Of a stretch of 64,000 nucleotides of DNA, positions 21,321 through 31,442 are shown piece after piece (the stretch's first letter is position 1; the number at the start of each line of letters is the position of its first letter). This stretch comes from an uncultured Actinomycetota bacterium. Its GTDB lineage: Bacteria > Actinomycetota > Actinomycetes > Mycobacteriales > Mycobacteriaceae. The notes under the pieces are model-generated. The model had not been told where the DNA came from. It did no database searches and saw only the letters and a program-made list of their open reading frames with translations. The position numbers were made by a program, and so were the translations under genes. The stretch is taken from assembly GCA_963788075.1 (NCBI GenBank), contig CAWBFI010000012.1, positions 109,482-173,481 of the forward strand, in the 5' to 3' direction.

Positions 21321-23341
21321 CCGCGGCGCATCTGGCCAAGCCGGCGCTGTTATATGTGCGCCAATCCACCCTCAAACAAGTCATCCACCACACCGAGTCC
21401 GCGCACCGCCAATACGATCTACGCTCCCGGGCGATCGCGCTGGGCTGGGCCGACGAGCAGATCACCGTAATCGACATCGACCAGGGCCAGTCCGGGGCCA
21501 GCGCCGCCGACCGGGAAGGCTTTCAGCACCTCGTCGCCGAGGTGTCGCTGGGCCGCGCCGGGATCGTGTTAGGCCTGGAATGCTCACGGCTGGCCCGCAA
21601 CTCCGCCGACTGGCACCAGCTGCTCGAACTATGCGGCGTCACCGCCACCTTGATCTGCGACGAAGATGGCCTGTATGACCCGCGCCAGTTCAACGACCGA
21701 CTGCTGCTGGGCATGAAGGGCCAAATGAGCGAGGCCGAACTGCACTTCATCAAGGCCCGCCTGCGCGGTGGGGTGCTCTCAAAGGCCCGCCGCGGCGAAC
21801 TGCAGATGCCGCTGCCGGTCGGACTGGTCAATGACCAATCCGCACACGTGGTCCTTGACCCCGACACCGCCGTCCAACAGGCGCTGCGCCACCTGTTCGA
21901 CACCTTCGCCGCCACCGGGTCGGCCACCGCCTGCGTGAAGGCCTTCCGCAACGCCGATCTGCTATTCCCGTGGCGCCACCTCAAAGGCCCGCGCAAGGGC
22001 GAGCTGGACTGGAAACCGCTGCGCCATCACACCGTGCTGCGGGTCCTGCACAACCCGCGCTATGCCGGTGCGTTCGTCTACGGGCGCTGCGCCCAAAAGC
22101 CCCGACCCAACGGCAAGTCGTCATCGGTGAAACTGCCACGCGATCAATGGGTTTCATTCATCCCCGACGCCCACCCCGGCTACATCAGCCTCGCCCAGTT
22201 CGAGGCCAACCAAACGAAGTTGGCCGCCAACGCCGCCGCCCACGGCCGCGACAGATCATCGGGTCCGGCCCGCGAAGGCGCCGCCCTGCTGCAAGGCATC
22301 ATCGTCTGCGGCCGCTGCGGCAACCGCATGACCGTGCGCTACCACCGCCGCGGCGGCCGAGAATTGCCCACCTATGTGTGTCAACGCGACGGCATCGATA
22401 AAGCCCAACCCATCTGCGCGGCGATCCCCGGCGCCGACCTCGATGATCGGATCGGGCAACTGCTGCTCGACACATTGACTCCGTTGGCCGTCGAGGCCGC
22501 ACTGACCGTGGCCAACGAGCTGCACCAGCGTGCCGCCGACGCCGACCGCATGCGCGCCGCCCACGTCGAACGCGCCCGCTACCACGCCGATCTGGCCCGC
22601 CGCCGCTACCTGGCGGTCGACCCGGCCAACCGGCTCGTCGCCGACAGCCTCGAAGCCGACTGGAACACCGCGCTGCGCGAACTGGGCGACGCCCAACACA
22701 CCTACCAGCAGGCCCGCGACCAACACAGCGGCGAACTCACCGATCAACAGCGCGCCCGCATCAACCAGCTCGTCACCGACCTGCCCACGATCTGGCACGA
22801 CCCCACCACCCCGGCGCGGGAACGCAAACGCATCGCCCGGCTGCTGCTTACCGACGTCACCGTGCAGCGCCAGGGCGACACCATCACCGCCCACCTGCGT
22901 TTCCGCGCCGGTCAACACACCACCCTGACCATGCCCGCCCCGAAAACCGCTGCCGAACAACGTAAAACACCAGCCGAGGTCGTCACCGCCATCAACGAAC
23001 TGCTCGATCGCCACGTCAGCGGCGAAATCGCCGACACCCTCAACCAGCGCGGCATCCTCTCCGGTACCGGAGAACCGTTCCACCGCAACATCATCGACAA
23101 CATCATCCACACCTACCGGCTACCCAGCCGCCGCCAACGCCTACGCGACGCCGGCATGCTCACCGCCGCCGAACTCGCCGACCACCTCGGCATCCGACCC
23201 GGCACAGTCAAAGACTGGTGGCGTGCCGGACTTGTCAGCGGGCTGCGCTACAACGACAAAGGCGAAATGCTCTACCACCGGCCCGACCCCACCAACCCGC
23301 CCCAACCACCCAAACGCGGACGACCGGTCAAAACGCGCTGA
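21290..23341 (+). CDS. Large serine recombinase (catalytic, recombinase, Zn-ribbon, coiled-coil and C-terminal HTH regions)
   Basis: YVRQST, DIDQGQSG, CSRLARN, CGRCG; AAGGAG RBS. Confidence 0.92.
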   Translation: MFTDTAASKVTAAHLAKPALLYVRQSTLKQVIHHTESAHRQYDLRSRAIALGWADEQITVIDIDQGQSGASAADREGFQHLVAEVSLGRAGIVLGLECSRLARNSADWHQLLELCGVTATLICDEDGLYDPRQFNDRLLLGMKGQMSEAELHFIKARLRGGVLSKARRGELQMPLPVGLVNDQSAHVVLDPDTAVQQALRHLFDTFAATGSATACVKAFRNADLLFPWRHLKGPRKGELDWKPLRHHTVLRVLHNPRYAGAFVYGRCAQKPRPNGKSSSVKLPRDQWVSFIPDAHPGYISLAQFEANQTKLAANAAAHGRDRSSGPAREGAALLQGIIVCGRCGNRMTVRYHRRGGRELPTYVCQRDGIDKAQPICAAIPGADLDDRIGQLLLDTLTPLAVEAALTVANELHQRAADADRMRAAHVERARYHADLARRRYLAVDPANRLVADSLEADWNTALRELGDAQHTYQQARDQHSGELTDQQRARINQLVTDLPTIWHDPTTPARERKRIARLLLTDVTVQRQGDTITAHLRFRAGQHTTLTMPAPKTAAEQRKTPAEVVTAINELLDRHVSGEIADTLNQRGILSGTGEPFHRNIIDNIIHTYRLPSRRQRLRDAGMLTAAELADHLGIRPGTVKDWWRAGLVSGLRYNDKGEMLYHRPDPTNPPQPPKRGRPVKTR

Positions 23342-23399
23342 CCAGCACAAACAAAAATCACATTCCCATCAATGCAAAGGAGTGCAGTATGCAACCAGA

Positions 23400-23534
23400 G
23401 GTTTGTCTTTCGGGGAGCGCACCCGGGCCGGGTCGGTGACGAACCCGGCATGACCGGCATAGTCGAGCCACCCGCGGGTGAACTGCGGGTTGACCGCATC
23501 AGCGGCGGCGATCACCGGCTTCAAATTGTCCGGG
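23400..23534 (-). pseudogene. istA: istA middle fragment
   Basis: Reads PDNLKPVIAAADAVNPQFTRGWLDYAGHAGFVTDPARVRSPKDKP, exactly bridging the other two istA pieces. Confidence 0.9.
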
Positions 23535-23676
23535 TTATGTGCCCGGCTGCGTTATGTGCCCGGCCGCCGGTAATCCTCACTGGTGCAATGCCGATGGGTT
23601 GAGATCGGGCACATAACGAAGAGTCATGGCAACACGATTGCTTCCTGGCTATGTCTGCAGAAAGGAAGTTGTCGCC

Positions 23677-24947
23677 ATGTTGGAGAAGTATTTCGTGAAG
23701 CCGCAAACCGTTGATCGGGTTCGCGCGTGCTGGATCGGCGCGGAGGTCGAACTGTATGTGGAGTGGCTGTGTGGGCGGGAGTATGCGGCCCGTACGGTGT
23801 GGCATAGGGTGCCGATGCTGGTGGGGTTCGGTGAGTTTGCTCGCGCCCGCGGCGCTAATACGTTGGAGGACTTACCTGTTCATGTCGATGCGTTCGTCGC
23901 GCGGTGGGCCGCGGGTCAGCAACGTGCTCATCGTCGTGGTGACCACGATCGAGTGGGCAGGGAGGTGCGCGGTCCGATCGAGCAGCTGCTGCGTCTGGTT
24001 GTTCCCGGTTTCGACGGCAGCGGCCGACCCCACCGACGGGTGCCGTTCGCCGACGTGGCACCGGGGTTCTTCGAGTACTTGGCCACCGAGCGTGGTCTTC
24101 GGCCGGTGTCGATTCGTGCCTACCAGCACCATTTGGACCGCTTCGAGGACTACCTGACCCATATCGGTGTCAAGGAGTTGACGGAGGTGTCACCGACGGT
24201 GCTTGCCGCTTTCGTCGCCGATCGTCGCGCGGCTGGGCTGGCCAAGACGACGGTTCGGCAGACCTGCGGGGTGCTGCGGGTGTTCCTTCGTTACGCATAT
24301 CGCGAAGGCGTGCTCGGCCGGGACCTCAGCGATACGGTGCAGTGGCCGCAGGTCTACCGGCTCTCCGATGTTCCGCGGTCGATTTCGTGGGCCGAGGTGG
24401 AGCAGGTGCTCGCCGGTGTGGATCGCCGCACCCCTTGCGGGATGCGGGATTACGCGATCTTGTTGCTGCTGGTCAGCTACGGCCTGCGGGGCCGTGAGGT
24501 CTCGCGGCACTGACGCTGGACGACATCGACTGGAAACGGGAGCGGCTGGCTGTCCCGGAACGAAAGGCCGGGCATTCGACGGCGTTCCCGCTGTCCACGG
24601 TGGTGGGCGCGGCGCTGGTCGACTATCTGCGGCACGCTCGACCGGACAGCAGCGACCGGCACGTGTTCTTTCGCACGATGGCTCCGGTCCAGCCGATCGG
24701 GGCGGCCGCGGTGTGCTCCCGCGCCCGCCACTACCTGCTCAAGGCGGGTGTCGAGGTGCCCCGCCCGGGATCGCACACGCTGCGCCACACCTGTGTGCAA
24801 CGTCTGGTAGACGCCGACTTCCCCTTGAAGACGATCGGCGATTTCGTCGGTCACCGCTCGCCGGCATCGACCCAGATCTACGGCAAGGTCGCCGTCGAAC
24901 CGCTGCGTCGGGTCGCCCTGGGCGACGGCGAGGAGGTGCTGCGATGA
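23677..24947 (+). pseudogene. RitA tyrosine recombinase, frameshifted near 24505
   Basis: RDYAILLLLVSYGLRGREV, then after a 2-nt shift ALTLDDIDW...HTLRH...VGHRSPASTQIY. Confidence 0.85.
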
Positions 24948-25909
24948 CCGAGAGCCTGGGCTGCGTGGTCGATCGCTTCCTGGCGCACAAGCGGACGCTG
25001 GGCCGCAAGTACCACAGCGAGGAGGCCGAGCTACGGCTGCTGGTGCGCTTCGCCGAGAACCGTCACGCCGACCGGCTCGACCAACTGACAGCGGCGCTGC
25101 TCGACGACTTCCTGGCGTCCCGGCCCCGGCCGCGTCCGCGCAGCTTCAACCACCTGCTGGGTGTCGTGCGTGGCCTGCTCGACTGGGCGGTGACCTACGA
25201 GTTGCTGCAGGCCTCCCCGCTGCACACCCGGCGACGCCGCGCCACCACCGCGCGTATCCCGTTCGTGTTCGACGTCGCCGCGGCCCGTCGCCTGCTCGAC
25301 GCCGCGGCCGCGTTGCCCGACAACCCGCGAGCCCGGCAGCGGGGCCCGACCTACCGGGCGATCTTCGCCCTCTGCTACGGGCTGGGGCTACGAGCCGGTG
25401 AGGCCTGCCGGCTGCGCCTAGCTGACATTGACCCACGACGAGATCTGCTGGTCGTGCGGGGCGGCAAGTTCGGCAAGACCCGCCTCGTCCCACACGGTCC
25501 GCGTATCGGCAAGCTGATCGCCGAGCAGCTCGCACGCCGCCGTGCCGACGGCACTGTGGCAGACGACGCCCCGCTGTTCAGCTTTGACGGCCGCCGGTGC
25601 GTGCATCCGGGCACCGCCAGCCAGGTGTTCCACCACTTGGTGACCGTACTCGATCTCACTGTCCCCGAGGGTGTTTCGCCACCGCGGCTACACGATCTCA
25701 GACACTCCTTTGCTGTCGGGTGCCTGTTGCGCTGGTATCGCGACGGGCTGGACCCATCAACCCGGCTGCAGCACCTGGCGACCTTCCTCGGTCACGTCGA
25801 CCCCGCGTCCACGGCGGTCTACCTCACCGTCACGCCCGGGTTGCTGGGCCAGGCCAACCAGCGATTCGAAGCCTTCACCGAACCGGTATGGCGGCAGGCC
25901 GCGCGATGA
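24944..25909 (+). CDS. RitB tyrosine recombinase
   Basis: YGLGLRAGE, KFGKTR, HDLRHSFAV...LGH..PASTAVYL; ATGA overlap. Confidence 0.9.
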   Translation: MTESLGCVVDRFLAHKRTLGRKYHSEEAELRLLVRFAENRHADRLDQLTAALLDDFLASRPRPRPRSFNHLLGVVRGLLDWAVTYELLQASPLHTRRRRATTARIPFVFDVAAARRLLDAAAALPDNPRARQRGPTYRAIFALCYGLGLRAGEACRLRLADIDPRRDLLVVRGGKFGKTRLVPHGPRIGKLIAEQLARRRADGTVADDAPLFSFDGRRCVHPGTASQVFHHLVTVLDLTVPEGVSPPRLHDLRHSFAVGCLLRWYRDGLDPSTRLQHLATFLGHVDPASTAVYLTVTPGLLGQANQRFEAFTEPVWRQAAR

Positions 25910-26913
25910 CCTCAACCCCGGCTCTGGGCCAACTGCTGCACTCGTTTTTCGTCGACCACCTGATCACCGTCAAGGGTCTGCGCCCGGCCTCGGTGCGCAG
26001 TTACCGCGACACGATCCGGCTGCTGCTGGTATTCGCCGCGGCCGACAAGGGCTGCAAGATCACGCGCCTGACAACGGGTGACCTCACCTTCGATCGGGTG
26101 GTCGGATTCCTGCGACACCTCGAACAGGACCGCGGCAACCACACCCGTACCCGCAACCAACGACTCGCAGCGGTGCACATCCTGTTCGACTACATCGCCA
26201 TCCGGGACCCCGAGATGCTCGGCGTCTGCCAAAGGGTGGCTGCCATCCCAGCCAAACGCGCAGCACCCCCCCAGACCCGGTTCCTCGAACGCGACGAGAT
26301 CGAACGCCTACTGCACCAACTGCCCCGCAAAGGTCGCCTTGCGCTGCGGGATCAAGCCCTGCTGCTGTTCCTCTACAACACCGGGGCGCGGGTGCAAGAA
26401 GTGGCCGATCTGCGGGTCGGGCACCTCGACCTCGGTGCGCACCCACTCGTGCGCCTGCACGGCAAGGGCGACAAGTGGCGCACCTGCCCGCTGTGGCACC
26501 AGACCGCACGACTCCTGCGCGACCTGTTGGACTCTGCGGCCCTACCGCCGACGCCGCTGACGCCGGTGTTCGCCACGCGTGGGAGACCCCTGACCCGTTT
26601 CGGCATCTACAAGATCGTGCGACGACACGCGTCCGAACTCGACAAACCTCAAATCGACCGCAGGATCAGCCCGCACACCTTCCGGCACAGCTGCGCCGTT
26701 CACCTGCTCGAGGCCGGCGTCGAGGTCAACGTAATCCGAGGCTGGCTCGGTCACGCCGACCTGTCCACCACCAACCGCTACGCCGAGATCAACACCAAAA
26801 CGAAACTGGCGGCCCTTCGCGCCTGTGAGCCGCCAACTACCTCGGCGGGACACCGCAGCACGCCGATCTGGCGATCCGACCAGACCCTCCTCAACTGGCT
26901 CGACTCACTGTGA
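25906..26913 (+). CDS. RitC tyrosine recombinase
   Basis: YNTGARVQE, GKGDKWR, PHTFRHS, WLGHADLSTTNRY. Confidence 0.9.
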   Translation: MTSTPALGQLLHSFFVDHLITVKGLRPASVRSYRDTIRLLLVFAAADKGCKITRLTTGDLTFDRVVGFLRHLEQDRGNHTRTRNQRLAAVHILFDYIAIRDPEMLGVCQRVAAIPAKRAAPPQTRFLERDEIERLLHQLPRKGRLALRDQALLLFLYNTGARVQEVADLRVGHLDLGAHPLVRLHGKGDKWRTCPLWHQTARLLRDLLDSAALPPTPLTPVFATRGRPLTRFGIYKIVRRHASELDKPQIDRRISPHTFRHSCAVHLLEAGVEVNVIRGWLGHADLSTTNRYAEINTKTKLAALRACEPPTTSAGHRSTPIWRSDQTLLNWLDSL

Positions 26914-27024
26914 CCGTTATGTGCCCGATCTCAACCCATCGGCATTGCACCAGTGAGGATTACCGGCGGCCGGGCACATAACGCAGCCGGGCACATAACC
27001 CGGATTATGTGGCGCGCCACATAA

Positions 27025-27707
27025 TCGGGGATCAGCACCGCGAACACGCCGCCGAAAAACTCCCACGCCGCCTGACATCCGGCGATCACCGCCGCCAGGG
27101 TCTGCGAATAGGACAACCACACGAACATGTGCCGGGAGTACACCGCGGTGAAGATCAGCGCATACACCTTGCGGCGTCGACCATCAGCACCATCGGTGAG
27201 CATCCCCAGATAGCCGAAATCGATCTGGCACTCCACTCCAGGATCGCCATCCGCGACCCGCACCGTGGTGTCTTTGCGTCCGAAACCGCAACGCTCACTG
27301 GCGAATCGGTGCAACGTCCGATACGGGACCACACACCCCTGCCGGGCCAACAGCGTGTGGATCTTGGTGATCGTCAACGGCCGTTGCTCACCCTCGCCCG
27401 CCACCCACGCTTTGATCTGCCCCTCGAACCCCAGCAGTTGCTCCCAGACCGCGCCATGACCATCTGGCCGGGCTGGACGCACCGCTTCGGCGACCATCCC
27501 GATCAACTCGTCATCGACAGCGCTGGCATCGTCGTCTCGGCACAGGCCGGCGCTCTGCGCGGCCTCCACGTAGCGGCGCACCGTTTTGCGGTCCAGGCCG
27601 CAATGCGCGGCGATCGTGCGGTACCCCGGCGCCGGCAACCCCGCCACCCCCAACCACACCCGCAGTACTTCCCTGATCTCGTTCACACTGACCTCCCGAA
27701 AAGCCAT
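27025..27707 (-). pseudogene. istA: istA 5' fragment
   Basis: MAFREVSVNEIREVLR...CQIDFG...FGGVFAVLIPD, then RIT sequence. Confidence 0.9.
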
Positions 27708-28544
27708 GCCCGCCGACCTCCGTGACTTGAGCTGTCACGGCGATCGAACGAACAAACGAAAAGACCACCGACGCGACGCGCCGGTGGTCCCATAACTGGC
27801 AATCCAGGTGGTCCCATCACCCTGGCAAAAATCAGGTCACAGTGGTCCCAAGCTCATGGCAGGCGACAAGGCGACGGCAGCGCGTCGGCACCGTCACGGC
27901 AGATGTAGGGCGCGAGGTCAGCGCGCCTTGCGAAGGCGCCGGCGACGATAGAGATCCGCCTAGCGCGTTGAGTTGACACGCGAACGGCTCCCCTCCGGTC
28001 ATTGTCACCGGCCCCGTCCGCGGTTGACGTTGGTAAATAGATTGTGTGTGTGTTGGTGCGTACGAGAATCCCCACGAAAATGCGGCGCTTCCGGCGAATA
28101 CCTTCTGGTTGCTGGTAACGACCAGTAGCTCGGAGGGGCGAAGCGGGCTCTCGGCGGCATTACGCAAACATCTTCGGCGAATGGCAGCACAACCGGACAA
28201 ACTCCGGACCTCACGACGGACCCCGGACAATCGCCCAACCTTTGTCCATATAGAGGCCGCACAGAGAGAGGCTGTGCAATCACACCTACTGCGTGACCGG
28301 GATTGCCGGAAGCTCATCTGACGGTCGTCCCCTTGACTCGTTCAGAAAGCACCGGCGTGATACATGACGATAGCGACTTGCAGTTCACTGCGACGGCCTT
28401 GCATGCTTGCCGGACCCCGAAGTGCCGTCCGCGGTGGCACCCAACAGCCCATGAGCCGGGTGTCCCGGGTGGGGGCGTGTGTTGCATGAGCTCATGGTTT
28501 GTGGCAGCCGGCATGGCCGGGGCGACCTACCCCAGACGTCGGTG

Positions 28545-28640
28545 ACCACAGTTCAGCTTGATTCCGGCGTCCTCGAGCACGTTGTGTAACCGCTTAGCTT
28601 CCCAGCGGCCACCCGCGCGTTGCGTTGCTGAGTCGGCGCA
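28545..28640 (-). pseudogene. Short IS110-family transposase remnant
   Basis: Minus-strand reading KRLHNVLEDAGIKL; boundaries approximate. Confidence 0.5.
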
Positions 28641-28694
28641 TGGCGTCGGTTGCGGAACATGTCTGGATTCCAGGTCAGTGATAAAGGTATTGGC

Positions 28695-28700
28695 TAGACT
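28695..28700 (+). promoter_or_regulatory. -10 box (TAGACT) of GT87 paralog 2
   Basis: Within the conserved leader GGTCAGTGAT-N3-GGTATTGGCTAGACT. Confidence 0.5.
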
Positions 28701-28765
28701 CCCGGGCAGCTGAGCTGGGGCGCCCTGCTACCGCTACCGTTTCGCGCCGACCCGAGGAGAAGGCA

Positions 28766-30295
28766 GTGAACCGACCCCTCGAGGTATTTTCTGCCGCGGC
28801 CTCAGCGATCCGGGGGCAGCTGTTGGTGGCCGCCGGTCAGTCTGAGCGCACCATCTTGCTCGGCACTATCCTCGTGGTGTCGGCGGTTTCGGCGGCAAGA
28901 AGTTTCGTTCTTACCCAGTACTTCTCGGTCGATGCGCTTTCCCATCTTGTCGTTTCCGCCCCCGAGGACTGCCTCCTGAACTGGGGCACGCAGGTCGGCC
29001 GACACTGCTTCAGCGACTACGGTTTGACAGCAGACGAGGCGATGCGGCCCAACCCCTGGGAGCCCTACTTCCTCCCCAACTTGAAGCAGATGGGTCAGGA
29101 TCTAGGTGCCTTCTCGGCTCACAACAATTACTCGGCGTCCGGGATGGTGCCGCAGGTGTCCTTTGGGTTTCTGGGTAAATGGCTGCACGCGCCGCAACTG
29201 GGGCTGTTGGGCTTTCTGCTGGCTTTGACGATCGCGTGCCTGACTCCGGCCGTCTGGGCGGCGCGGGGAGCTCGCGGTCTGGAGCGGGTGGTGGTGTTTG
29301 TGGCATTAGGTGTCGCGGCCATGCCGGCGTGGATAGCAATCGATCGGGGCAACTCGGTGGGCTTCTTGGTGCCCATCGCGCTGGTGTTTCTGGTGGCGCT
29401 GTGCCGACGGCGCTGGAGGCTGGCGGCGATCATGGTGGTCTTGGCAGCGCTGGTGAAACCGCAGTTTGTTGTGCTGGCGGTCGCGTTGTTCGCGGCACGG
29501 CAATGGCGGTGGGGCGGCCTCACCGTGGCCGGAGCCGTAATCACCAACCTCGTCGCCTATCTGCTGTGGCCGCGGGACTTCCCGACGACAATCCTGCAGT
29601 CGATCCACAACACCCTCGGCTTCGGTTCGTCCGCATCCCGCGTAGATCCGTTTAACGTGTCCTTGGCCAAGGCACTGCTAATGATCCCCGACCACATCAA
29701 GGCCTATGAAACAGGCGGCGTTCCGGACAGCTTCCTCGCTGGTCCGCGATCAATGCTCGGGTATGTCGTGTTGGTTCTCGTCGTGGTCTGCGTTGTGGCT
29801 CTAGGGCGGCGCATCCCGCCTGTCATGGCGGGTATCGTGCTGCTGGCCACCGCCTCGCTTTTTCCCTCTGTGGTCGCCGCCTACTATCTGGTATTCGCAC
29901 CACCAGTGGCGGCGCTCATTGCCCGAGACCCCGACGGGCCACCAGGATCCGGTATTTTCGATCGACTTGAGACTCTCGGCAGCCGCCGTCGTGTCGTCGG
30001 TCTCTGCGTGAGTCTGGCCGCAGCGCTCTCCATCGCCCAGATGCCGGTCGACGTGGTCTTCATTGGCCAGAAGATGGGAGGCGAGGCTATAGCCCACTAC
30101 ATACTGGGGCTCGTCGTTTCGGTGAGAATCACGCCGGTCCTATGGCTGATTGCCTGCACGGCAATCATTGTCTCGTACGCGCGCAAGCCAGCTCCATCAC
30201 AGCGCAGTGACCGGTGGCCGGAACCCAAAAGCTCCCAGGGTACTGCTGCCAACACCCCACCCCGCCGCATAGCCGTGCCAACGACCGAGTCCTAA
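28766..30295 (+). CDS. GT87/DUF2029-like GT-C glycosyltransferase, paralog 2
   Basis: HCFSDY, IDRGNS, LVKP; paralog of 15575-17113. Confidence 0.8.
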   Translation: MNRPLEVFSAAASAIRGQLLVAAGQSERTILLGTILVVSAVSAARSFVLTQYFSVDALSHLVVSAPEDCLLNWGTQVGRHCFSDYGLTADEAMRPNPWEPYFLPNLKQMGQDLGAFSAHNNYSASGMVPQVSFGFLGKWLHAPQLGLLGFLLALTIACLTPAVWAARGARGLERVVVFVALGVAAMPAWIAIDRGNSVGFLVPIALVFLVALCRRRWRLAAIMVVLAALVKPQFVVLAVALFAARQWRWGGLTVAGAVITNLVAYLLWPRDFPTTILQSIHNTLGFGSSASRVDPFNVSLAKALLMIPDHIKAYETGGVPDSFLAGPRSMLGYVVLVLVVVCVVALGRRIPPVMAGIVLLATASLFPSVVAAYYLVFAPPVAALIARDPDGPPGSGIFDRLETLGSRRRVVGLCVSLAAALSIAQMPVDVVFIGQKMGGEAIAHYILGLVVSVRITPVLWLIACTAIIVSYARKPAPSQRSDRWPEPKSSQGTAANTPPRRIAVPTTES

Positions 30296-30590
30296 CCACC
30301 ATCACCGGCCTCGTTTGTGTGCCCCCGAGCTTGGGGAACAGAGCACGACTGCGGCCGGGAATTGTTAAACATCCCACAGACACCCTCACCGAATCCGATG
30401 TGATGGGCGGCTACAAAAACCTCGCCGATGTCGAGCGGGTCTTCGCGCGTTCAACAGCGAACTCGACGTGCGACCCGCCGGGCATCGTCTGGCCGACCGG
30501 GTCGGTGCCCACATGTCCTTGCGCACGCTGACGGCGCTCATCGAAAGTCCCCAGGTGTGCTCGTTGAAATTCCCCACCTGTGAGCATCGG

Positions 30591-31442
30591 TCAGTGTAGT
30601 GGTTGGCGGGTGCCGGTGGTGGCGCGGCGCAGAGTTTCGGCGGCGGCGTGGTGGTCGCGGAGTCGGTAGGACTCGCCGTCGAGGTTGATGACCACGGAGC
30701 GGTGCAGCAGGCGGTCGAGCATGGCTGCGGCCACGGTGGTGTCGCCGAGGATCTCTCCCCAGGCCCCGACGCCGCGGTTGGTGGTGATCACGATTGAGGT
30801 CTTCAAATACCGTTGGGAGACAACCTGAAACAACGCCGAGGCCGCCTCGGCCGGCAGTGGCAGATACCCGAGTTCATCAATGACCAGCAGGGTGGGCCCG
30901 GCGAAGAACCGCATGGTGGTGGCCCAGCGTCCTTCAATCGCCGCACGATGGCAGCGGGCGGCCAGATCTGCGGCGGTGGTGAAGTAGGTGCGATACCCGG
31001 CGTGTGCGGCCGCTCGCGCCAGACCGACCGATAAGTGCGTCTTGCCTGTCCCCGGCGGGCCGATCAACAAAATGTTGGTCGCTGATTCCAGGTAGCGGCA
31101 GGTCCCCAGTTCGTCGATCATCGCGCGGTCGATCCCGGCGGCGGCATCGACGTTGAAGTCAGCCAGCGTGGCCGGGGTCGGCAGGCACGCGAACCGCAGC
31201 CGCCCGGCCAATCGCCGTGCGGTGCTGGCGTCGACTTCCACAGCCAACAGCCGCTCCAACGCCACGGTCAGCGACAGGCCCTCGGCGGTGGCCTCGTCGA
31301 GCACGGCCGGCAAGGCTTCGGCGGCGGCAGTGAGTTTGAGTTCGGCCAGATGCGCGCGCAGTGCCTGATACCGGCTGGCCGCGGCCGACGGCGATTCGGC
31401 GGCGCTGCGGGCGGTTTTGCCGGTGCGTGAGGTGGGGGTCAT
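30591..31442 (-). CDS. istB: IstB helper ATPase
   Basis: GPPGTGKT, LLVIDELGY, TTNR, AMLDRLLH. Confidence 0.95.
   Translation of the reverse strand: MTPTSRTGKTARSAAESPSAAASRYQALRAHLAELKLTAAAEALPAVLDEATAEGLSLTVALERLLAVEVDASTARRLAGRLRFACLPTPATLADFNVDAAAGIDRAMIDELGTCRYLESATNILLIGPPGTGKTHLSVGLARAAAHAGYRTYFTTAADLAARCHRAAIEGRWATTMRFFAGPTLLVIDELGYLPLPAEAASALFQVVSQRYLKTSIVITTNRGVGAWGEILGDTTVAAAMLDRLLHRSVVINLDGESYRLRDHHAAAETLRRATTGTRQPLH

Larger units (their letters stand above)
19935..23401 (+). mobile_element. Large serine recombinase element (DUF5372-like / HTH / small ORF / recombinase)
   Basis: Removing it at a shared GG (19933-4 / 23400-1) or TT (19936-7 / 23403-4) restores istA SPKDKPRVER in frame. 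Confidence 0.85.
23535..27024 (+). mobile_element. RIT element A (recombinase in trio)
   Basis: Three overlapping tyrosine recombinase genes; perfect 90-bp IR (23529-23618 / 26915-27004); 20-bp palindrome at 27005-27024. Confidence 0.92.
19083..27868 (-). mobile_element. IS21-family element A, interrupted by two elements and truncated in istB
   Basis: TGTCGCC left end at 27868 with three GTGGTCCCA repeats; istB start MTPHRAPADPVG (19118-19083) cut by IS3. Confidence 0.85.

Noticed and set aside
23535-23618. Repeated TTATGTGCCCG units as a possible CRISPR or iteron array
   Set aside because: Only three sites per end, arranged as recombinase binding sites; no CRISPR array or cas gene seen in the window
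27869-28545. Several 70-160 aa ORFs and a short GT dinucleotide run
   Set aside because: No start signals or motifs; the run is too short to be meaningful
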